From Callorhinchus milii (Eukaryota), in assembly GCF_018977255.1 (NCBI RefSeq), contig NW_024704742.1, forward strand, positions 92,382,001-92,446,000: 64,000 bases of DNA, read 5' to 3'. The notes below the pieces were generated by a model. That model was given only the letters and a program-made list of their open reading frames with translations, made no database searches and was not told the origin of the DNA. The position numbers and the translations under genes were made by a program. Position 1 is the first letter of the stretch. Every line of letters starts with the position of its first letter. Shown piece by piece: positions 1 through 12,611 of this stretch.

Positions 1-183
1 CTCTTTGACCGAGCCTTCAGCTCCCCTCTCGACTCTCTTCCCCCTCCTCGCTCCCTCCCTTCCCTCCCCTCACCCTGACCATTTCCCCCCTGCTCGGGTC
101 ATGACCCAACTGTGCAGCGCCTTGGGACGTCCTCCTGACGTGAAAGGCGCTTTACAAATGGAATCTTGTTGTTGTTGTTGTTG
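1..183 (+). mobile_element. L2-clade LINE 3' end
   Basis: 3' stem-loop acgtc-ctcct-gacgt, aaggcgct..aaatg motif and (TTG)n tail shared with other copies. Confidence 0.85.
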
Positions 184-1229
184 TATGCAACCACGCTTGC
201 TCCCAGATAGCTCTCAATTTAGTTGCCACCAACAACACCCTGGCAATGACTGCCTCCTGCAATATTACCTTCTTCCTGCACGAGATAGTGAAGTGACTGG
301 TTACTGCCTCCCTATATGTTGTGTCTCAGATCAAGAACTCTCCTGAACAAAGAGTGAACCTAAAGAGAGTCCCTAGACTTCCCAAAGGATTTTGATAAAG
401 TATTCCACAGGACACTTCTTTACAAACTTTACCCCGCCCCATAGTTTAACAGTTTGACTGCACTCAAGTTCTAAGATCACAATGTCATGTCCACTTTAAT
501 AAGTAAATACTGTAGAAAGCTGTTGCCATCAATGTATGTGAACGCCTGAACAAGTAAACACCTTCAGAGAGGGGGAAGTGCTGCATTTTTGGAAAATGAT
601 CAAATACATCTGGAATGCAATTTGCAGAATTTGAAGAAGACAGCTCAATCTGTCAACTGGTGCAACCGGTGAGAGAAAGGGATAGTAACAGTGGAGTTAC
701 TAAGTATCTTTCTCATAAATGGCAAATTATTGAAATTCCATTATTTCTATTGTGCTACAAAACCATTCAAAATTAGTTGCCTAGTTTGAGTGCTGTTGTA
801 TGCAGCAGGTACAGAGAACTGCAACAGACCTCGAGAGATTAGAAATGTTCCCTATCTGAAAATATACATTACTGTTTTATTGTTTTACAGTTAAACACAG
901 CATTGTTAGTTCATTAATATTTATTTCAAATAATTTTATGTACAATTAAATTTACGTTTAACTAAAAAACAACAATACAGGTATGTGGAATATTATGCTG
1001 GTGCTTCTTCCAGTGACTGCTGCAGATATGATCTCCATTTCCACAGAAAACTCACCATTTAAATGCAATATTAATAATAATTTGTATTAATAAGGATAAA
1101 CCTTTGTATTTGATATAGCGGTTTATTGTGACAAAGCATCTCATTGGTTGGAGGATGATATCTCTGACAACCAACAAATGAATTTGCCAACAAATTCACT
1201 TAAAAAATCACAAAACAAATGTGATCCAT

Positions 1230-1425
1230 AACAAGCTTTTGGACAAGTTTCCTTACCCCACACACCTCAGTTTAGCCAGCAGTAAGAAATACTGCGGTGC
1301 ACAATTGGCTGCCACATTTTGTCCACAAAATATACAATTCACTTTACAATATATTCTGTGAAGCGCGTTGAGACGTCTCAATGACATGATAAGGCGCTAT
1401 ATCAAATGCAAGGATTATTATTATT
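1230..1425 (+). mobile_element. tRNA-derived SINE family A, 3' part
   Basis: Matches full copy 56357-56712; (ATT)n tail. Confidence 0.8.
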
Positions 1426-2857
1426 ACCAAAATGTTGGCCTTTTCCACAAATTTGTGAGCTAATAATTTTACAACAATTTACATTCGTAAATTATCATTA
1501 TTGGACGACCTTTTCGTTTCACCTACCTAGAGTTCCAAGTCATCTTCAAAATATTTTCTTTACAAAATATTGCTAAAATTAACATGCCTGACTCCTTTCT
1601 GCACACCTTAAAGAACAGAGGTAACTTATTTATTTGATCAGGTTGCTTAATGTGTCTTGTTGTACCTTCAATACTGCTTGATCCACATTCATCCCACTTA
1701 ATTAAAATCATCTGTATTAAAGGAAAGCTCAGTTAATTGAAAATTAAAGCCGTATTAGAATTTATTGAACCCATTATTATACGTGATCGTGTTCTGTATT
1801 TCTAAATATTTAACAATTTTGTTTCAATTTGATGTTTCCTTACTAAGGCATGAATTATGTATAGCTGACGATCTCTTACAATGATGGTGTATTTTTTGTG
1901 CTCTCTGAGTGCTGTAAATAGATAACAATAACTGTAAACCAAGATTATCAATGCAGTTTGTCAGGTTGGGCGTGCCATTGAATACTCCCTTTGCAATCCT
2001 GATAAAGGATTAACCCAAGGATTCATTGCTGCTCTGGAAACAAGAGATTATTTGAAATGTCATAGTGACAGAGAGCCATACAGCAGCTGTTAATGTTCGT
2101 ACGGGACACTTGTAACCCATTTTGTTTGGAGGAGCCCCCAAACAGCTTTTACAGTGATACTAGAAAAGCAGCCACTAGTTATTTTCCCCATATTCATTCA
2201 GTTATCCTAATTCAATTAGTTCAATTTTAAAAATACTACAATTCTACTTTTTTTATCCCAAATGAATATGAAATAATGCGACCTATTACATGAATTGTGT
2301 AAATCACAGATGTTATTAATTACAATATGTAATTAAATAATGGAAAGAATTACAGATAATCCTTTTTATTACTTGTTAGTTATATAGTCAAATATAGCCA
2401 TGCCTAAGTACCACTAGTTAACTGAGGGCTGTGGATGTTAAACCTGCACAAAATTAGTTTTGTGCTTCTCGGGGCCAGAAAGACCCTTGAGCTTTATTAG
2501 GTTAATGCAAAACTCTGAATTGGTTGTAGTAATTCCCTCTGGACACATGTGTTTGAATGTAATTTACACATTTCACATAATAGATGCAAGTATTGAGTTT
2601 GTTATAATTTGGTCCTACTATAGGCACATCCAGATACTAGTAAAGATGCCAATAGGGTCTAAATGGTTACAAAGCTAAGGTCACTGAGATAATTGTACCT
2701 TCTGCTTTCAGCATATTTTGCAAACAAATGCTGAAGAAAATTATGATCTCCAACACTGGGAAGAGTCAAATTATGATTGGCTTTCCAATCCTTTCTCAGA
2801 CTTTTCAGGATTTTTCTGAGGTAAGAAATAGCCTGAAAGCAAACACAGGCTGTGATT

Positions 2858-2960
2858 GTGGAGTCCTGTAGTATTGTGGTTAAAGGACTCGCCTCGCAAG
2901 CGAGGGGACTCATCTTCGATTCCTGAGCAGGGCGTAACCTTAGACAAGTTTCCTTGCTTC
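2858..2960 (+). mobile_element. SINE family A tRNA-like head fragment
   Basis: gtggagtcctgtag...ttcgattcc A/B-box-like head. Confidence 0.7.
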
Positions 2961-3051
2961 ACATGCCGTTGTTACCCCACAGTAACTCGAGTTTGCTACC
3001 TTCTCCGTGCTGCCATCGGTTCCCGAGCATTCAAATTCTGCACCCCTAATC

Positions 3052-3400
3052 GCTGAACTGGCTCCAAGGTGACTTGTTTGGCAATGGAATGTCAGAATTG
3101 AGCCAGCCCTGTGTGGTGGCCTCAGTGGTCCGGTTCCTGAGCAAAGTGGGTCCACCTTACTCCAGGGAACTACTGATGAAAGCACAGCCAGCCTGGCTCA
3201 TCGGCAGAACTTGGAAGGGCAGACCGGTCACTGGGGGCAGGAAGTCATCCTACTCAGCTCCTGCTAACCCTGCATGCCAATGCCCTAATGGGTAGGACGG
3301 TCCGAGCTGGACAAGCAGTGGGAAAGCTCGCCTCATTGATTGATATTTGAGTGTCAGTGTATATAGTTGTCAGGTGTTGGGTCCCTCAGAAACTCGTGCT
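3052..3400 (+). mobile_element. Fragment of RTE-X-like LINE 3' UTR repeat
   Basis: Homologous to 6256-6590, 44715-45300 (rc), 51340-51890 and 52860-53465 (rc). Confidence 0.7.
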
Positions 3401-4297
3401 AGGAGGTTTGACAATCATCTGGAAAATTATTCCCACTTTTTAATCAAACAGAAATATGTTTACTGAAGAATACCCACATTTGCACTGTGCAAATTGATAA
3501 GCAACTTGACTAGTGAGACTGGAGTTGGCTTAAACTGTATGTGTAGCTCTCTAAGGAAGTTTAACAGATCACTGTTAAGATGATTTTTTTTACCACTAGG
3601 ACTAAATCAATATTAATTCAAAGGTTAGTTTACTGAACATACCGAGGCATAGCAAGGGAAGCTGACCTTAAGCGGTGCACGGAATCTTATATGTCTACAT
3701 TTTATTTTGCCAACATAAATCAATTGAAAAGTTGAAATGAATGATATTCACTTTCAAATTATAATAATAGCATCTATCCTAGATTGATTGCTGAATATAG
3801 TGATCTTTGCAAAGTTTCTTTGTAATTACTCTAATGCTTTTTATGTTATTGTGTTGATTTGCAGTGTATTGTTTGGTTATATAGATAAATGCACATTTAC
3901 AATATCTATATAAATTGTTCAACTGATAGCAAATATATTTCATTCGTAGAGTAGAATACTTAAATCACTAGTAATGATTTGTAGCTATATTTTCCAAGCT
4001 GATTAAAGTAAATACTGTACATTCCTGTACACACATAAGAAAAATCTAAATAAACTTTTGCTGCTGCATAAATATTAAAGATTCTTTAAACTACCCCAGT
4101 GATATATTGTTTTCCTTTTATTTTCTGAATTGTTCTCTATGTTTGTTTAGGGTGATTTTCACCCCACTCCATCTATTCATATCTATTATAAAATACAAGT
4201 CAATATGTGGTGTCAGTCATTGACAAGAATAAATTCTTTAGTGGATATTACCTACATAACAGTAGCTTATGCCAATGGCAAATTATAAAGTTGATAC

Positions 4298-4707
4298 AGG
4301 ACTTCTGATTTCTCAGTAAACATAAAGGTCAATCTTTTCCCTGCAGGGAGTGCTTCTGTATTGATACTTCCTGTGCATGCACACTATATGCAGGAGGTAC
4401 CGCTGATGTGACTTAAGTGGCATCACCAGTGCTTCTTGCACATAGTGCACATTCGTAGCAATGCATTCGTAATGTCAGCAGCTCTTCTTGCACATAGTGT
4501 CCATGCACACAACACACAGGAACTGAGATAAGTGATGACTCAGGAGTCTGCTTTTCTTAGCAGTTCACCTATTGGACCCAGAGGAGCACATTATAATGGG
4601 TTCCCCTGTCTTTGCTGCCAGAAAATATGGTAGGGAAGGTCAGAAATGAAGACCCAACAAAGATGGAAAAGATCGACCTTTATGTTAACTGAGAAATCAG
4701 AAGTCCT
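4298..4707. mobile_element. Non-autonomous element with ~43-bp terminal inverted repeats
   Basis: 4299-4340 and the reverse complement of 4665-4706 differ at 2 of 42 positions; no ORF. Confidence 0.75.
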
Positions 4708-5080
4708 TAGAAACTAAGCCATCAGCCTTCATTTAGGATCTTATATTCTATGATATTAATAGGTTATTTTATTTGAAAAAATCTGAGCAACACAAAGTAC
4801 ATCAAGCATTTCAATCTGATCCACTAGCTCTCCAAAGCTAGATGAATAAGCATCAAGAATCAGTTTGATGTACTTATGGCTTCCTTCTTAAGGAATCTCA
4901 TTAGCAATTACCAAATATATCCCTTTATCTGTTTTTGAGATGCCTTATTATTTTAAAGTCTTCCTTTCTCCCTTTCGCATATAAGGCAAATTGAGAGGAA
5001 AATTGTTGGTGCACACACACATTTTGCTTGTCTGTGGTGCAGCACTCAAGGGTTCTCAATTCAATGTGCCACCACACTGC

Positions 5081-5086
5081 TTTATT
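5081..5086 (-). terminator. Candidate polyadenylation signal (AATAAA) for HEMGN
   Basis: tttatt on + strand, about 120 nt past the stop codon; the true 3' end is not verifiable. Confidence 0.4.
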
Positions 5087-5207
5087 TTGTACTTCTAAAT
5101 TTGAATGTCTTTATGAGTTCTTACTGAAGACAAAAAATACTATCATTATCTCTTCAGTGTAATTAAATCCTATCAACGAAGCCTAGTTAGTTAAGATGTG
5201 TGACATT

Positions 5208-5326
5208 TTACAAGTACACTGGATGTTTCTCTTCAAGTGGCATGTTCTCTTCTGGTAAATCTTCCAATTGGAATTTTAAATTCTCTAGGAATTCAGTATT
5301 GGGTGACTTTATTTCCTTAGTCAGAT
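5208..5326 (-). CDS. HEMGN: Hemogen coding exon 4 (DLTKEIKSPNTEFLENLKFQLEDLPEENMPLEEKHPVYL*)
   Basis: tctctttcttttag| acceptor, 119 nt to TAA (5210-5208), correct phase; acidic Tyr-containing C-terminus as in other hemogens. Confidence 0.85.
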
Positions 5327-6009
5327 CTAAAAGAAAGAGAAAAATATGTTATAAATTGATAAGGTAAATACTCTGATTTGGTGTTAAGGGCTCTGAGATG
5401 TTACCCATGTGAAGGGCACTATACTGTATAAATACAAGTTAATTTTGATGTTGTAGGTGCATTACAATTATCCCTCTACTGAGATACGTTAGCAGATTAA
5501 CCAATTTTTCAATGTCCCATTTAATTCAAATGAGATAATAAATATCTTAGAAGATGTATAGTTTGCCATGTAGATTCATATAAATTATATCCTATAAACA
5601 TTATTAAAATGGTCTAATTTCATTAATCCTTGAATAAGATGATTGTAAATAGTTGAGTCAGTAGATATGACAAAATAAATGTTATATTTTAGAAGTAAAT
5701 TAGTAGCATTTCATAATGTGTTCAATGTTAGAATTATTGCAGCGAACACATTCTGTGAAGTTTTTCTTTATGCAGTGCATATCAATGACTGGAACAGATT
5801 GCCAGGAAAGGTGGTATAGACCAGGACACTAGACTCATTTAAAAAGCATCTTGATGTAGTGTTGGGGGACAGTAAGGTGGGTATTCTGGAAGGATGAGAT
5901 CAAATGGGATGAAGGTCCTTCTTCATTCAAATCAGTCCTATGAAGTACCATTAATTTATCCCTTTTCTGTGACTTTTATTATATGTTATCTATGAAAATG
6001 TGTATTTTG

Positions 6010-6235
6010 AGGGAGGAGAGAGAAGGGAGTTTCTGGCCAAAAAATCCCCCCAAATAAAATCGGTCACTCACTCCATGGCTGTTTGTGGGACATTTATGTG
6101 TGCAACTGACTGCTGCATTTCACACACAAAATACACAGTCAATCCACTTTACAGTATATCCTGTGATGCATTTTGAGACGTCTCAACAACATGATAAGGA
6201 GGTATATCAAATGTGAGGATTATTATTATTATTAA
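6010..6235 (+). mobile_element. SINE family B, 3' half
   Basis: Deu-like core (gggaca..tgtgtgcaa..gctgc) and (ATT)n tail. Confidence 0.75.
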
Positions 6236-6255
6236 TACGAGGTAAGGGAAATAGC

Positions 6256-6590
6256 TGAACTGGTAAAGGTGACATGCTTGGCAATGAATGGGAGAATCAA
6301 ATCAATCCCCTGTGGTCTTGGTAGTCTGGTTCCTGGGCCAGGAGGCTCCATAGTACTCCTAAGAACTCCTGATGACCAACCTGGCTCATCAGCAACACTT
6401 GGAGGTGTAGACTTCTAAATGTAATTTTGTTGTTGTTGTAGACCAGTAACTGGGGGCAGGGATCCATTCCACTTGTCTCCCGCCAACCCTGCAAGCCAAA
6501 GCTCTAACAGGTAGGGCGGTCCAAGCTGGTCAAGCAGTTAGCAGCTTAGCAAACAGTGCTCTCAGTGTCAAGCTATGGATTTTTAGCAGG
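6256..6590 (+). mobile_element. RTE-X-like LINE 3' UTR fragment
   Basis: Homologous to 3052-3400. Confidence 0.65.
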
Positions 6591-7214
6591 TTAAAAATCC
6601 AGAAATGTCACTCTTCTGCCATACGTGGTTGTGGGTTTCTGCATGTGTCACCCAGCTGACCAAAATAAAATGTGCCAATGGGCCATTCAGACCCGACTAT
6701 CATTCATTCCAGACTTGCAGACAATCACTGGTACATTGGCATAGAACTAATAATATAAAATTTAGAGGCTGAACCCAATGCCATATCCCAGGATACCAGT
6801 TTAACTTTGCTATAAAGGTCCTCGGCTAATTCACTCAAACCAGCTCTCATTTGTGTATTCCAAATTGCGCAACTTGGGAAACTGATCCATAGCTACTGCT
6901 GCTCACTGTGCGCTGGCATCCTGCTGGAAATTATGAGCGTAAGGATTTGGTAGGCTTAGCTCCAATGCTCCATCTGAGTGACTAGCTCATAACACTTGTG
7001 AGCTAAAAAGTGTCCTGTCACTAAATATAGTGTCTTTGATTATGTGCGCTTATAACAACAGCATTGCCTTATAAGTATGTCTCATAAAAAGTTTCTACAC
7101 AATGAATTTCAAGCATAAGAGATCACTGTGTTCAAGAAAGATGGGAGGGGGGAAAGGAAAGAGAATAAAATTAGGAAAACAAAATGTAAAACATTGCGTT
7201 CTTGAGGAATTATG

Positions 7215-7924
7215 TCAACTGTCTTTTCTCCACCACGTTCAAGCCATGACCCGCTCTGCCTTCCCTCATCTCCGTAACTTCGCCTGACTCCGCCACTACC
7301 TCACCCCTCAGGCCGCTGAAACTCTTGTTCATGCCTTCATCACCTCCAGCCTCGACTATGCAAACGCTCTGCTTGTCGGCCTCCCCAACTCCTCCCTCCA
7401 CAGGCTGCAGATAATCCAGAACTCTGCAGCCCGTGTCCTCTCCCGCACCAAACTCTGACCCCATCTTCCCCACTCTCGTCCGACTCCACTGGCTCCCTAT
7501 CCTTCAGAGGATCGAGTTCAAGATCCTGGTCCTCAGCTACAAAGCCCTCCATGGCCTCCCCCCCGTACCTCTGCGACCTCCTAACCCCCTACCAACCCAC
7601 CCGTTCCCTCCGCTCAGCCGGCTCTGGCCTGCTCCACGTCCACCGACCCACCCGTCCCACCATTGGTGGGAGAGCCTTCAGCCACTCTGCCCCCAACCTC
7701 TGGAATTCCATCCCCCAGTCACTCCGCTTTGCCCCCTCCTTAGCCTTCTTCAAGTCCCGCCTCAAGACCCTCCTCTTCGACCATGCCCTCGGCCAACCCC
7801 CTTCCCCTCCCTCCCTTCTCCCCCCAACCCCAGCTCGGGTCTGAAGATGCTGTACTCTGTCCAGCGCCTTGGGACGTCCTCCCAACGTGAAAGGCACTAT
7901 ACAAATGTAATCTTGTTGTTGTTT
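7215..7924 (+). mobile_element. L2 LINE, 5'-truncated, in HEMGN intron 3
   Basis: Frameshifted ORF2 C-terminus (HWLPILQRIEFKILVLSYKALHG; GRAFSHSAPNLWNSIP; FKSRLKTLLF) and (TTG)n tail. Confidence 0.92.
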
Positions 7925-7932
7925 CTAAGTAC

Positions 7933-8129
7933 CTGCTGAAGTAGTAGGAGCCTCCTCAATTACTGACAACTTTATACTTTCCTCCGCACATTCAGGCCTC
8001 TCACTTTCAGAAATAATAAGGGGTCTGTCTTCTGCCTCATCCTCGAGCTGCTGTACAATCTCTGGCTCAGACTCAGCCTTCTTAGAATGGCTTTTTCCTC
8101 TCCTTCCTCTTTTTTTCTTTGATTCAACC
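7933..8129 (-). CDS. HEMGN: Hemogen coding exon 3 (VESKKKRGRRGKSHSKKAESEPE...EEAPTTSA), basic NLS then acidic region
   Basis: catttacag| acceptor, G|gtactt donor, 197 nt, phase 2 to 1; frame continuous with exons 2 and 4; overlaps ORF 7925..8143. Confidence 0.9.
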
Positions 8130-8180
8130 CTGTAAATGAGCATGATATAAAATGCAAAAAAATCTATTTTACAAGTTTGA

Positions 8181-8460
8181 CAAACAACAACAACTTGTAT
8201 TTATATAGCGCCCTTCATATAGGACAGTGTCTTGGAGTGTTGCACAATGGCAGGCTTGGACAATGAACAACATGGGGAGGTGATCATAAGAGTGATTGTC
8301 TTAAATTGGGATTTAAATATGTTTGAGAGGCGGAGGGATTGAGGCAGTGAGTTCCAGAGGTTAGGGGAGTAGTGGTTGAAGGCAGAACCTCCAGTGATGG
8401 CGAGGAGGGTTTGGGAATGTGCAACAGGTCTGTCAAAGTCTTGGTGTATGAAGGAGCACA
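8181..8460 (-). mobile_element. L2 LINE 3' fragment
   Basis: SAFNHYSPNLWNSLPQSLR peptide; (AAC)n tail on + strand. Confidence 0.8.
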
Positions 8461-8666
8461 CAGCAAAAAAAGTTTGTGGGACAGCAATGTCCCACAAACA
8501 GCCATGAAGGGAATGAACATTTTTTATCTGGAGGATTGTAGGCCAGGACACTGGGAGAAAGTCTGAAAACAATCTGGACAAATACTACTATGTAGTTGTT
8601 TATTGAAACACACTCCCTGTAGATTGACTTTATAAGTATGAAGTTCTTGGTGATCTTTACCATGGG

Positions 8667-9159
8667 TGTCAGTCTGGCTCAGTGGTAGCACTCTTGTCTC
8701 TGAGTAAGAAGGTTGTGGGTTTCATCCCCACATTGGGACTTGAAATCACATAGTCTAAGATGACACGCTAATGTAGCGCTGGAGCCGTGTTGCATTGTCT
8801 GAGGTGCCATCCTTCAGATGAAACATTAAACGGAGGTCCCGTCTGCCTATTCAGGTGAATGTTAAAAGATCCCATGGTATTATTCAAAAAGAGAAGGGAG
8901 TTTCTCCCGGTGTCCTGACCAACTAACCCCCAAATACAAATTGGTCACTCACTCCACGGTTGTTTGTGGGACATTGCTGTGTGCAAACAGGCTGCATCGT
9001 TTCTCCAACAAAATACACAATCAATCCACTTTGAAGCGCTTTGAGACATTGCACCCACAAATATATGGTCAATTCACTTTACAGCATATTCTGTGAAGCA
9101 CTTTGAGACATTTAGAAGACATGAAAAGCGCTATATCAAATGCAAGGATTATTATTATT
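8667..9159 (+). mobile_element. SINE family B (tRNA head, Deu-like core, L2-like tail), near full length with internal 3' duplication
   Basis: tggctcagtggtagcac head; core shared with 63197-63575; segment ~9000-9050 repeated. Confidence 0.85.
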
Positions 9160-9439
9160 GTCTCTGACTCAATATTACCCACACATGGTTAATCTTATTA
9201 TTTTTCACTAGGAAACTTGGATTTGGAATAGGCAACTGCATTTTATAATGCATTTCAAATGCATGTCTATGTATCCTATCTGAGTAAGTGGCCATTCATG
9301 TTTGAATATTGAGAGGATGAATGGGAAATGTTGTGGCCAAGATCAATCCTGTTGTCCACAGATGCAAAATTTTAAGCAGATGTCACCGAATTATGATTGC
9401 TTGATGGTGGGGGGGATAATCTTTCTAACAATTGCTTTA

Positions 9440-9700
9440 GGATGCAATAGACAGCATTGCAAGAGGACATATGTTTAGAGTTGTAAAGGGCGATTTCAAG
9501 ACAGATACAAGGAAGTTTTTCTTTATTCAGGGGCTAATCAACGACTGGAACAGGAAAGGGTGGTAGACGCCAGGAGACTGGACTTATTTATAAAACAGCT
9601 TGATGCAGTGATGGGGGTGTCGGTAGGGTGGGTGTTCTGGAGGGATGAGTTTGGATGGGCCGCAGAGCCTTCTTCATCCAGACCAATCTTGTGATCTATT
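9440..9700 (+). mobile_element. CR1-like LINE 3' fragment
   Basis: Homologous to 5750-5945, 21510-21650 and 33240-33350; ggatgggccg.agagcctt end motif. Confidence 0.65.
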
Positions 9701-10465
9701 TAAGTCAATAGGGAAGAATTCCACCCAGAAACCTTGGCTATATTAATTTGCACTTGCCTTTCACAATAATATTGGAGGAACTATTCATTGATCAGTGAAG
9801 AGAATTTGGAGGATGTTGACTAAAGGCACAGTGAAAGAGGGGATTTTGAAGCAACAAGTAAAGGCGCAAGCTAAAAGGATTTTTGGAGAGTTTCATAGAG
9901 CAGGGTTATAGTAGCTGAAAGCTTGGCCACCAATGATGGAATGAGGTATTATTACACAGTCTTGGTCAAGGACAGGTGTAGAGTTTGAAGTGAAGCATAA
10001 GGTCAAACAAAATGCTATGGTTGCATATTCCCAAGAGAGCCTTTATCATCTTTAGGTCTTGGAATCAAGGGTAGAGAGGAAGACCTATGTGTCATCAACG
10101 TGCATGAGGAAATTAACCCCATGCCTGTGGATGTCACGAAGGGAAAGTATGTGAGAAATAGGAGAGAACCAAGGGTAGTGTCCTGGGTACACTGCAGGTG
10201 AACCATTCCTCCCTCACATCTCCCCACTCACCATCTACCTGTTTGCAGGAATACTTCAAAACATTCTACATGTGCTCTTGCCTGCTGGCACAAAGTTTTG
10301 ATCTGGTTTGTGCTGTGCAATCCCATTCTTTAGAAACTGTACAAGTCAAACTCCATGTAGGAATTTTACAGCCATCAGAGAGAGGAGATGTTCATCTCAT
10401 CAGTCTGGCCTGGCTACATATCATCCTCCCCCTTATGGCTCAGTGTTACTCTTATCAAATCTTAC

Positions 10466-10556
10466 ACAGTCACCCACTGGGAGGGTTCCTTCACTTGCAT
10501 TTCCAATTTTCTTTTCTTGAGCTTTTCACGGTCTCTCAAGCGACGTGGAGAAATGT
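10466..10556 (-). CDS. HEMGN: Hemogen coding exon 2 (DISPRRLRDREKLKKRKLEMQVKEPSQWVTV), coiled-coil/NLS block
   Basis: ttttgcctgtag| acceptor, |gtaaga donor, 91 nt, phase 1 to 2; matches the conserved hemogen motif LR[DN]RxxL[KR]KRK...[SN]QW. Confidence 0.93.
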
Positions 10557-10699
10557 CTACAGGCAAAATATAAAACAACTGGTCATGCAACATAGTTTTT
10601 ATTAAATCATAGAGGGGTCATTCGGTTTCATTCATTAAATATAGCAAATCGTTCCATGCGTGCTTACAATGAGATATCCCATGCACAAACACCTTCCCG

Positions 10700-10880
10700 G
10701 AAAGGTCACTGGATAACCATTAGGAATGGGAATCCTGACTGATTTTCCCTCCCTAGCCTGTAGCGCTGAGGTCAATTATAGCTCCCCTACTGTGGTTGCA
10801 GCTGAGATCAACACACTTTAGCACACACAAGGCATCAAACTGGGGATCAATTTCACTCTAAGCTTTGGTTTTACTGACTG
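10700..10880 (-). mobile_element. SINE family C fragment
   Basis: Shared motif (ctgagatcagc...gattttccctccct) with 12075-12260, 15880-16610, 16700-17200 and 19295-19480. Confidence 0.55.
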
Positions 10881-11384
10881 AGCCTTTATATTTTTATGCT
10901 AAATCTTTGTTAAAGTTATTTGTTTCACTAGCTCTTTCTCTCTTGTGTGTGAGCTGGATGCATCTGTGAGCTCTGAATGATAATATTGTTACTCACTGCA
11001 AGGACAACCTCGCATTATGCTACTACAAAGCAAGACTAATTTTCTTTTCAAAGAGTCATATTTGCAACATAGCAATGCTGGTGCAGTGTTTCAAATTACT
11101 AATTTGGGGAGGCTTCAGTGTGTATACTCTTTAGTAACTAAAAAGTTTATTGTAAGCAATAGATTAACTTGCATTTATATAGAATTTTCAAAGAGAACAT
11201 TCTAAGCATTTGACAAATGTTGTGTTGCATATCAAACAAGTGCTAACAGTTGGGAAGCAGTTTCCTGATCTCTTTTGGAAGTAGGGGAGAAATTTTAGAG
11301 CTCTTTTCCTTCTTGAAGGTTGGGTGTCGCTGTTGGTATTTAAGAGTGTTGGGGAGAGTCCATGATAAGGAAAATTGTTTGGGG

Positions 11385-12060
11385 CATATAAGAATATAAG
11401 AAATGCTAGATGAAAAATGACCAAGGTCCATCTAGTTTGATTTACACCTTTCTGGTGGTCACATACACATATGTCCCAAACTACCTATGTGCTATATCCC
11501 ATAATGTTATTTTCTAAAAGAGAATTATCTAATCTGTGTTTGAACGAATCAACACCTCCTGCTTCAACTGTCTCCCTAGGGAGCCTGTTCAACAGGTTCA
11601 CTATTCGCTCACTGAAATAGTGTTTGCGTAGATTCGTTCTGAATTTACCCCCTTCAATCGCAGGCCGTGTGCTCTGGTGTTACTATTCTGGACAAGTTGA
11701 AACAGCCTGTCGTGATCCATATTGTTTAACCCCTTTAGAATCTTAAAGACAGCAATCATGTCGCCTCTCAATCTTCTCTTTTCCAGCGTGAACAAGCCCA
11801 ATTTACTTAGTCGCTCCTTATAGTCCAGACCCTCCATTCCCTCAATCATTTTGGTTGCCCTCTTCTGTATCTTCTCAATTTCTCCAATATCCTTTTTGTG
11901 CTGCAGTGACCAGAATTGTACACAGTACTCTAAGTATGGTCTCACCAATGAGTTATACAGTGGCAGGATTACTCCACTATTTCGGCTTGCTATTGATCTT
12001 TTGATAAATCCCAACATCTGGTTTGCTATATTCACTGTCACAAAGCATTGTTGGGAATAA
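11385..12060 (-). mobile_element. CR1 LINE 3' end (RT C-terminus), in HEMGN intron 1
   Basis: ORF 11601..12041: LYNSLVRPYLEYCVQFWS...EKIQKRATKMIEG...LFTLEKRRLRGDMI, diagnostic of CR1; short-repeat tail near 11390. Confidence 0.92.
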
Positions 12061-12611
12061 GTAAAGCACTGGGGGACAGCCCCAGTGGTGTAATGGATAG
12101 AGCTGTAGTTTACAGACTAGGAGATAGCTTGTTCAAATTCCAGTTTATGCTTAGTTTGTTGGTCTCAGTATGGAGAGGTTAAATTGGCCCTAGCCTTTCC
12201 ATGGTAAAAGTGGGGAAAAACAGCCACAGTTCCTGCTCCTGGTCTTTCTACAGCACTCAACTCAGTTGGGGCAGTAAAAGAGCTTTACCTTGCACCTAAA
12301 GCGTGTCAGGTTTTGTACACAGTGATAGCATAGTGCACACTTATCAGGAAAACATTCACTATTTGTATCTCTAACAAGCGCTTTGTTAGAGATACAAAAG
12401 TGAATGTTTTCCTGATATTTACTACCTTCATTGCAGAAAGATGCAATTTTAAATTTAAAATCTTGTGATATAAACAACTCTCAGAACATTACATTACAAG
12501 GAAATTGCTTTACATAGCAAAATAAAAAACAGAACAGTAACTATTGAAAGGAAGGTGGGTTCTTCTTGTTCATACGTATAAATTTGAATGATGTAGTCAT
12601 TCTAAGAAAAA

